The notes under the pieces were generated by a model. It saw only the letters and a program-made list of their open reading frames with translations, was not told the origin of the DNA and made no database searches. Source: Desulfatiglandales bacterium (GTDB lineage Bacteria; Desulfobacterota; DSM-4660; Desulfatiglandales; HGW-15). From it: 64,000 nt of DNA. Positions 56,992 through 64,000 of the stretch are shown here, piece by piece. Position 1 is the first letter of the stretch; every line of letters starts with the position of its first letter. The DNA lies in NCBI GenBank assembly GCA_963667015.2, contig CAXXJJ010000001.1, positions 1,888,001 to 1,952,000 on the forward strand, written 5' to 3'. A program made the position numbers and the translations under genes.

Positions 56992-58362
56992 CTAGGGTTC
57001 ATATTTCCACAGGTCGTTATAATTATTGAAATTATTTTCTCTTCCGCCAAAGAGCAATAAATTACCTTCTCTGTCTGTCCAGCTGATACTGTAAAATCTT
57101 GGGCTTGGTTCGTTTTCTTTATCAGTGCTCTTGGTTGATTTTTTACCGGAAATCCAGGCCCAGTTTGTCCCGTCAAATTTCCACAAATCATTTAGTAAAC
57201 TTGATCTTGTGTTGTTGAGACCCATACCGCCAAAGAGCCACAGGTTATCTTCTCTGTCTATCCAGCCGATGCTGCCATAGCGCGAACCCGGTTTATTGTT
57301 ACTGTCGGGCACTCCCTTGAAGCCGTAAATGCCCATTCGCTTATCAGATTTATCTCCGGAAACCCATGTCCAGTTAGTTCCGTCAAATTTCCACAGGTCA
57401 TTAAGTTCTCCGTATGCCCTGATTTCGGTGGCACCAGTTCCGCCAAAAAGCCATAAATTGCCTTTGCTGTCCATCCAGCTTACACCTCCATACCTGGATC
57501 CCGGTACATTATTGCTGTCGGCTACCCCTTTTGTGCCGTATATCCCCGGCTCATCCTGTCTGCTGTCCCCGGATATCCATATCCAGTTATCTCCATCAAA
57601 TTTCCACAGGTCATTGAGGTTCCCTGGCAGTCCTGCAGAATAACCTTTCCCACCAAAAAGCCATAAATTACCATTGCTGTCTGTCCAGCTCATACTGTCA
57701 TACCTGGCACCCGGCGTATTTGTGGCAGAGGCAATACCTTTTGTACCGTAAACACCGCGTCTATCTGTTTTATCGTCCCCGGAAACCCAGGTCCAGTTTG
57801 TTCCGTCAAATTTCCAGAGATCATTTAAAGCTCCATGGTATTTTCCTGCAGCATAACCGTACCCGCTAAAGAGCCATAAATTGCCTTTCTTATCATACCA
57901 GCTTATGCTGCCAAAACGGGCACCGGGTTTGTTCGCACTGTCCGGGATTCCCTTTGTGCCATAAACTCCGCTTTGATTTCTATCATTATCGCCTGAGATC
58001 CATGTCCAGTTGCTTCCGTCAAATTTCCAGAGATCATTCAGGTAATTCGAAGAACCTGATCCCGTGCCTCCGCCAAAGAGCCACAGGTTGCCCATGTCGT
58101 CCTTCCAGCTAATGCTACCATACCTGGCGCCCGGTTTGTTTGTGCTGGCGGCAGTACCCCTTGTGCCGTAGACTCCGGGTTGATCCGGCCTGGTATCCCC
58201 GGATATCATGGTCCACTTACCGGTTTGAACTGATTCCATGTTCAGGTTTGCTACTGCTCCGCGTCTTCCGGATGTTCCTTGGCATGCATTTAGAGTGATT
58301 AGAAGAAAAACTGATATCATTAGCCAGTAAAAATATGAATTAAATGACCTTTTATTTTCCAT
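56992..58362 (-). CDS. kelch-repeat beta-propeller lipoprotein
   Basis: Repeats of PGARYG..W.D..GNLWLFGG...LNDLWKFDG.NW.W.SG; NAC lipobox-like. Confidence 0.88.
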   Translation of the reverse strand: MENKRSFNSYFYWLMISVFLLITLNACQGTSGRRGAVANLNMESVQTGKWTMISGDTRPDQPGVYGTRGTAASTNKPGARYGSISWKDDMGNLWLFGGGTGSGSSNYLNDLWKFDGSNWTWISGDNDRNQSGVYGTKGIPDSANKPGARFGSISWYDKKGNLWLFSGYGYAAGKYHGALNDLWKFDGTNWTWVSGDDKTDRRGVYGTKGIASATNTPGARYDSMSWTDSNGNLWLFGGKGYSAGLPGNLNDLWKFDGDNWIWISGDSRQDEPGIYGTKGVADSNNVPGSRYGGVSWMDSKGNLWLFGGTGATEIRAYGELNDLWKFDGTNWTWVSGDKSDKRMGIYGFKGVPDSNNKPGSRYGSIGWIDREDNLWLFGGMGLNNTRSSLLNDLWKFDGTNWAWISGKKSTKSTDKENEPSPRFYSISWTDREGNLLLFGGRENNFNNYNDLWKYEP

Positions 58363-58830
58363 GACTTCCCCCTTATGGTTTTGTAAAAAAAGAAAGGTAA
58401 TGCTTTGTCCCTTTGTCTGCATTTTATTAAAAATGGAAATTAGACTTTAGTGTTTCAAAAAAAACTGTATTTGCATAGATCAAAAAAAGTACAGAAATAT
58501 GACAGTTAAAAACTGTAATCAGTAATTGGCTGGACCTGCCGTTTATCCTGCAAATCTTTTGTGTTTTATATGATGCTGATCATATATGGATAAGGGAACG
58601 TCGCGCTGAACGTGCAAACTATGTAAAATCACATTCTGCACGAAGTTCCTCAAATACGTGATGCCAGAATATTAAAACTTAGGAACCTAATCTCCCATTT
58701 TTATTCATTATATCCGTGTCTAAAGGCGGGATGCCTATACCTGAACTCAGGCATACATGTAATTGTTAAAGGTCTGATCCCGTTTTATAATTTTATAGCC
58801 GGGTTCAATATAACAGATAAAACAATCATA

Positions 58831-61800
58831 TTATTTACTCTTTGCTCTCTTTAGTCTCTCTGCCATCCTTGCTCTCACTGCTCTCTCTGCTTTCTTTGCT
58901 TCCCATTCTTTCATTGCGTCTGCTTTCTGTTGATCAGTCATATATTGTAAAGCGTCAGCTTGAGCTCGAGCTTCGGCTTCTCGTCTCTGGTAATAAGCAT
59001 CATCAGGAGACCCTTCCCAATAGCCTTGATAGGGTGTTCCATATCTATATTCTGTCGTAGGTCTGATTTTGTAACCGTAGTTCTCTGCCATCTTCAAATC
59101 CTTTTTATATTCAACCTCATTGCCCATTTTGCGATATATGTCAGATCTGTATTTATAGCCTAAACAATGTTCTGGATTTTGTTCTATAACCCTGCTGAAA
59201 TCAGAAATGGATTTATCAAGCTGGTTATTCTTTTCATAAGCCAGCCCTCTAAGGATGTAGCTGTTACGTGGTTCAAAAACCATGTAATCAGCTGATAAGA
59301 CTTCAGGTGTCAGTATATATGTTACTCGATAGCGGCGGATAGCTGCATCAGTATGTTTCTTAGCCAAACGATAAGTTGTCACATAAAAAACAGCATCATT
59401 GTGAGTCTTTCCCTCTTTAGAAAAAGTGTAATGGTTGATAAATGCATCAGGATTTTTTGAGATTATCTCTATAGCCCTACTATATTCAAGTATGGCTTTA
59501 TCAAATTCACCCATGCTTTCGTAAGCCATTCCGCAGTTGTTATATGCATTGATAAGATAAGGGTTTAAACCTAATGCTTTATTGTAATCGTTAATCGCCT
59601 GCCTGTATTTACGCTTATTGTTATATACGTCTCCACGAAGCAGGTAAGTTTCGGCATCTCTGTTATTCAGTTCAAGTGCTTTAGAAAAGTCTTTGATAGC
59701 TTTGCTTGAGCTGCTTCCAAATCTTATTCCTAAGTTGCCATCCTGGAGATGGGCAATACCCCTGTTTATGTATGCTAATGAGGATTCGGGATCTATTTTA
59801 ATGGCCCTGGTATAATCTCTAATAGCCTTTGTATATTTTTGGCTTGCATAATAGGCATTGCCCCGATTAATGTACGCATAAATATTTTCAGGATTTTTCT
59901 TTATGGCTTTTTTAAAATCTTTTAAAGCCTTTTTAAAGGCCTCATTAGCCTGTTTATCGTCCTTCAGGATCTGTGTAAATTCCCCCTTATTCGTATACCT
60001 AAAGTATCTACCCATTTTCTCATAATTCTGTATTCGGTAACTGTATTCTTCCCACCTATCCTTATATACCTGTCTCCAGTAACTGTATTCTTTCCACATA
60101 TTCACATATGCCTGTCCCCGGTTATTATACGCTGCAGCATCATCAGGATTTATCTCAATCGCTTTTGTGTAATCACTTACAGCCTGTTTGTAATCCTGTT
60201 TATCCATGTAGGAATTACCGCGAAGCACATACAGCCCGGCATCAGAATCATTCAGTTCTATCTGCCTGCTTAATTCTGCAATTGCAGTATCAATATCTTC
60301 TTTTTTAGAATCATTTGCAGCGTCTTCAGTCCTGTTATTTAAAGCCCTCTTATCGGGAATAGCGCTTGCCTTTGAATCGTGTTTTTCCGCGGTTTTATTT
60401 TGTGTCAGCAGGGCAGGTTTGGCGGAGGGCTGGACGCTGACTGACTCAATTAGCTCTTCAGTTCTATTAATAGCCTTCATATCAACAGATGCCATGACCA
60501 TAACCGGTTTTTCACTCTTCTGAGTAAGTTTTCCTGACAATTCTTTCTGAGGTATTGTCCCTTGCTTCGGTATTGACTGCAACTTGTCTGGAACATCAAC
60601 AGCTTCCGGTTCGGATAAATTTATATGTGTAAGATTCTGATCCCCTTTTGTTACTGAAACACTGTTTATTACTTGCAGCGGTTCCTGTGACACCCTTAAA
60701 GGATCATCATTTTTCACAGCACTGCCCCGGGCATGGAGACCGGCAATACCGAAGGTAAGAACAAGACATATGGAAAAGCCTGTTATCTTAAGGTGCAGTT
60801 TCGTTCCCATGGCAATACTCCTTTTCTTTGAAAGAATCTGTTCTACCCTTTTTCTTAAATTAAAATGTCTGCCTGCCATACCAACAGCCGTTGGATAACT
60901 GCTGATCAAACACACTTTTTTTGTCAGATCCATTAGACATTGTGAATAGACTTTGGGCTGAAGTTCACCTAATACATAGTTGTCGGATACCTCTTCCCTT
61001 GTCTCTTCATGAAGCCTGTTTATCAGATAAACAAACGGATTCCACCAGTGGAAAGCAATTACAAATCTTTTAAATATTCCTGCAACCTGATCATAGTGGT
61101 ATATATGGGCCAGCTCATGCAGCAGTATGCTCTTCATTTCATTTTCAGTAATTATTGATGAGAGTCTCTGCGGAATGATTACAACCGGATTAAAGATGCC
61201 AATTGTCACAGGAGACTTGATCAGGGGTGAACTGTAAAGTTTCGGCAGACGTTTTTTCCAGAACCTCCCGGCAACAGCCTGAAGCATTTTATCATAATTA
61301 TCATTTTTGCAGCTCCGGAGGTTGTTTCGGAATTTTTTTACAATTATAATCCCATACCCCAGCCTCACCATTTGAAACAGAATACCGGCCAGCCAGATGA
61401 GGCCTGCTATATTACTTAAAGGAAATACAGGCAAAACAAATGGAGCAGAATGAGGGGAGATGCCAGGTGCCGGACCTGCTACTTTTTGTATATTTTTTTC
61501 AACAGGAGTGTGTGATAGTACTTTTAGTGGCGGAGTTTTTATTTCATTGTAAGTAATAGACTGGTGAACAGGGGGCATTAAAATACTGTTTTTTGTGTTA
61601 TCCTCTGTAATAAAGGGAAGCGTCGCCTGAGACCATGAAATGCCTTTTATATAAAACCCGATGGAAAGCACAAGTGTCAAACCAAGAGCGATCAGTGTCG
61701 CACTGCAGACAAGACTGCGCACAGGGGCAGATCTTTTAGATAAAAGCTTTAGGACTATAAGCCCGATAAGAGAAATCAGGATTGACTGACCTGCCAGAGT

Positions 61801-61851
61801 GATCAGCAGGCCTCCCATATCATTGTTTAGAATAAGAGAGAAAATATCCAT
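58831..61851 (-). CDS. BlaR1/MecR1 (M56) peptidase with C-terminal TPR domain
   Basis: ILLHELAHIYHYD, WWNPFV, REEVSD; many AYINRG TPR repeats. Confidence 0.9.
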   Translation of the reverse strand: MDIFSLILNNDMGGLLITLAGQSILISLIGLIVLKLLSKRSAPVRSLVCSATLIALGLTLVLSIGFYIKGISWSQATLPFITEDNTKNSILMPPVHQSITYNEIKTPPLKVLSHTPVEKNIQKVAGPAPGISPHSAPFVLPVFPLSNIAGLIWLAGILFQMVRLGYGIIIVKKFRNNLRSCKNDNYDKMLQAVAGRFWKKRLPKLYSSPLIKSPVTIGIFNPVVIIPQRLSSIITENEMKSILLHELAHIYHYDQVAGIFKRFVIAFHWWNPFVYLINRLHEETREEVSDNYVLGELQPKVYSQCLMDLTKKVCLISSYPTAVGMAGRHFNLRKRVEQILSKKRSIAMGTKLHLKITGFSICLVLTFGIAGLHARGSAVKNDDPLRVSQEPLQVINSVSVTKGDQNLTHINLSEPEAVDVPDKLQSIPKQGTIPQKELSGKLTQKSEKPVMVMASVDMKAINRTEELIESVSVQPSAKPALLTQNKTAEKHDSKASAIPDKRALNNRTEDAANDSKKEDIDTAIAELSRQIELNDSDAGLYVLRGNSYMDKQDYKQAVSDYTKAIEINPDDAAAYNNRGQAYVNMWKEYSYWRQVYKDRWEEYSYRIQNYEKMGRYFRYTNKGEFTQILKDDKQANEAFKKALKDFKKAIKKNPENIYAYINRGNAYYASQKYTKAIRDYTRAIKIDPESSLAYINRGIAHLQDGNLGIRFGSSSSKAIKDFSKALELNNRDAETYLLRGDVYNNKRKYRQAINDYNKALGLNPYLINAYNNCGMAYESMGEFDKAILEYSRAIEIISKNPDAFINHYTFSKEGKTHNDAVFYVTTYRLAKKHTDAAIRRYRVTYILTPEVLSADYMVFEPRNSYILRGLAYEKNNQLDKSISDFSRVIEQNPEHCLGYKYRSDIYRKMGNEVEYKKDLKMAENYGYKIRPTTEYRYGTPYQGYWEGSPDDAYYQRREAEARAQADALQYMTDQQKADAMKEWEAKKAERAVRARMAERLKRAKSK

Positions 61852-61855
61852 TTAT

Positions 61856-62245
61856 TTACTCCTCATATTTATCGATTAGTTCCTGCAGCTGTCTTATCTC
61901 ATCCGGTGTAACAGTAGAATGATTAAAAAAGGCTTTTACCATTTCGACACAGGATCCTCCAAAAACCCGATTTCCAATATCGAAAGCAAGGGCTGCAGAA
62001 GCCTCGCTGCGTGGTTTTGTAGACTGGTAGATAAACTTGTTTCCTTCCTGCCGGTGCACCAGCCATCCTTTTTCCTCAAGTCTCCCTGCCTGAACCTTAA
62101 TGGTAGACCGTGTCAGATTTCGGTCATTTGCAGCATTGACTTCCCGCATGATTTCAGTCACGGTCAATTCCCCTGCTTTCCATACTGCATCCATAATTTC
62201 AAATTCCGCGGGTGTGAGTTTTGGTAAGCTGCTTTTTTTCATCAT
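61856..62245 (-). CDS. BlaI/MecI/CopY transcriptional repressor
   Basis: LTPAEFEIMDAVW...RLEEKGWL...VFGGS. Confidence 0.93.
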   Translation of the reverse strand: MMKKSSLPKLTPAEFEIMDAVWKAGELTVTEIMREVNAANDRNLTRSTIKVQAGRLEEKGWLVHRQEGNKFIYQSTKPRSEASAALAFDIGNRVFGGSCVEMVKAFFNHSTVTPDEIRQLQELIDKYEE

Positions 62246-62257
62246 TTCAAATCTCCC

Positions 62258-62297
62258 TGGTTACATTTGTCACTAATTATGGCGACAACTGTAACCA
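62258..62297. promoter_or_regulatory. tandem BlaI-type operators
   Basis: GTTACATTTGTCAC and GCGACAACTGTAAC (ACA-NN-TGT boxes) forming one large inverted repeat upstream of the repressor. Confidence 0.7.
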
Positions 62298-62337
62298 ATG
62301 TCAACATTTTTTTTCAGAGATGGATTCCCTTAAAAAA

Positions 62338-63639
62338 TTATCTGACAAGTCCGGGAAGATAGAGAACAATATCCGGAAATATGATCAAGATGATCAATCC
62401 AAGGATCATTGCCCCCAGAAAAGGGAATATTCCCTTAAAAATTGTATGCAGGTCAATATCCTGTGCTATGCCCTTAATGACATAAACATTGATGCCGACC
62501 GGCGGGGTTATGGCCCCGGTTTCCAGCAGTATTACAATGATCACCCCGAACCAGATAGGATCAAAACCGGCCTTTATTATCATTGGGAAAAAGATATTGA
62601 TGGTTATTATCAAAAAGGAAAGAGGGTCCATAACACATCCGCCAATCATGTAGATTCCCATGATACAGAGAAGGACCACATATGGTGAGGCGTCCAGGCC
62701 TCCTACCCATGATGCCAGGGCCTGGGGTAAACCGCTTACAGTTAAAAAGCGGCTGAAGATCATTGCGCTTGCCACAATTAAAAGCACCATTGAGGATGTG
62801 CGTGTTGTGTTCAGAAGGGCTTTTTTAAACCCTTTCCAGGACAGGCTTCGTTTCACCACGCCGATTGCTATAGCGCATGCAGCACCTATGCCTGCTGCTT
62901 CTGTAGGTGTGAACCACCCGATAAGAAGGCCTCCTATTACCAGTGAAAATAATAGAATCATCTCGATTGTGCCGGACAGGGATTTTAATTTATCTTTAAA
63001 GGTGCTTTTAGGCGCAGGTGATCCAAGGGAAGGGTTAATGATGCACATGGCAAGAATCACAAGGGTGAACAGCCCGGAAAGAAGAATCCCGGGCAGGATA
63101 CCCGCTATAAACAGTTTGCCGATGGAAAGCTCGGTCTGTATTCCATAGACGATCAAGACAATACTGGGGGGAATAAGTATGCCAAGGGTTCCCCCTGCTG
63201 CTACTGTGCCTGTTGCAAAGGATGGATCATAATCATTCTTTCTCATTTCCGGAAGACCTACAGTCCCCATGGTTGCTGCGGTAGCCGTGCTGGAGCCGCA
63301 TATGGCTGCAAAACCTGCACAGGCTCCTATAGTGGCAACCGCCAGACCACCCGGGATAAAACCTAGCCATGCATTGGCAGTGCGGTATATCCTTTTACTG
63401 ATGCCGGAGTGAAAGGCTATTTCGCCCATTAACACAAAGAGCGGAACAACCAGCATGGTATATGAAGAAAACTGGTAATAGAAGCTGTCACTGAGCAGAA
63501 ACAGGCCCCCATCTATGGATGTGAGATAGGAAAAACCCACAAATCCTACAAGGATCATTGTAAAGGCAATGGGCATTCCCAGAATCATCAGGAGCACCAT
63601 GATTATTATTCCGCAGGTCCCGGCAAACTCTCCGCTCAT
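62338..63639 (-). CDS. dctM: TRAP transporter large permease
   Basis: VPLFVLMG, GGTLGILIPPS, ITPPVGIN. Confidence 0.95.
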   Translation of the reverse strand: MSGEFAGTCGIIIMVLLMILGMPIAFTMILVGFVGFSYLTSIDGGLFLLSDSFYYQFSSYTMLVVPLFVLMGEIAFHSGISKRIYRTANAWLGFIPGGLAVATIGACAGFAAICGSSTATAATMGTVGLPEMRKNDYDPSFATGTVAAGGTLGILIPPSIVLIVYGIQTELSIGKLFIAGILPGILLSGLFTLVILAMCIINPSLGSPAPKSTFKDKLKSLSGTIEMILLFSLVIGGLLIGWFTPTEAAGIGAACAIAIGVVKRSLSWKGFKKALLNTTRTSSMVLLIVASAMIFSRFLTVSGLPQALASWVGGLDASPYVVLLCIMGIYMIGGCVMDPLSFLIITINIFFPMIIKAGFDPIWFGVIIVILLETGAITPPVGINVYVIKGIAQDIDLHTIFKGIFPFLGAMILGLIILIIFPDIVLYLPGLVR

Positions 63640-64000
63640 CTGTTTTTTCTCCCTGAGAACAGGTTTATCAGGTCGATAAACAAAACAAGGGTGAGCGCCG
63701 CACAGCCAAGTGATACAAAGGCTGCAAAGGGCGTGAGGGGGATTTTTAATACCTCCGACAGCTCCCCGACACTATGGGTCTGTTTTGTAAAAAGGAATGT
63801 CTGCCAGGACATTATCCCGAACATGATTATTCCGATCGTGTCTGTAATACCTGTAATGATAATGCGCGGAAGTTCGGGCAGTTTGTCTAGAAAAAGGGTA
63901 ATACGGATATGGCCCTTGAGCACCTGTGTATAGGCTATGGCGCAGGCAATGACAATTACCCCGAGCTGGCTGACTATATCCACGGTTCCCTTTAGCGGGA
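63636..64000 (-). CDS. dctQ: TRAP transporter small permease (5' end outside window)
   Basis: GHIRIT motif, TM helices, overlaps the dctM start. Confidence 0.85.
   Translation of the reverse strand, partial: PLKGTVDIVSQLGVIVIACAIAYTQVLKGHIRITLFLDKLPELPRIIITGITDTIGIIMFGIMSWQTFLFTKQTHSVGELSEVLKIPLTPFAAFVSLGCAALTLVLFIDLINLFSGRKNR

Noticed and set aside
57180..58210. DNA tandem repeat element
   Set aside because: The repeats are the coding kelch blades of 56992..58362.

Overview
Bacterial chromosome segment; the gene content (aldehyde:ferredoxin oxidoreductase, Rex, TRAP transporter, TonB receptor) suggests an anaerobic deltaproteobacterium-like host, which is inference only. Bases 1-800 are the edge of a minus-strand attC cassette cluster, followed by a second TA pair. 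About 2.5-27.6 kb holds ordinary metabolic and transport genes. About 27.7-55.7 kb is a minus-strand integron-type cassette array with 29 recognisable attC hairpins, a putative attI near 55.68 kb and no integrase gene in the window. The array carries TA modules, candidate defence genes, and two repeated families of ORF-less cassettes with conserved hairpins (compensatory changes in family B). It also carries a non-IIC group II intron inserted in an attC core site, whose candidate EBS1 loop matches the attC core, and a tandem of four lipoprotein-anchored ClpP/ClpR-like paralogs. Five 18-bp palindromes flank the putative attI. About 56-64 kb holds a four-helix-bundle gene, a kelch/BlaR1-TPR/BlaI block bracketed by a duplicated dctM 3' end, and TRAP dctQM. 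All calls are from reading motifs by eye; no searches were run.
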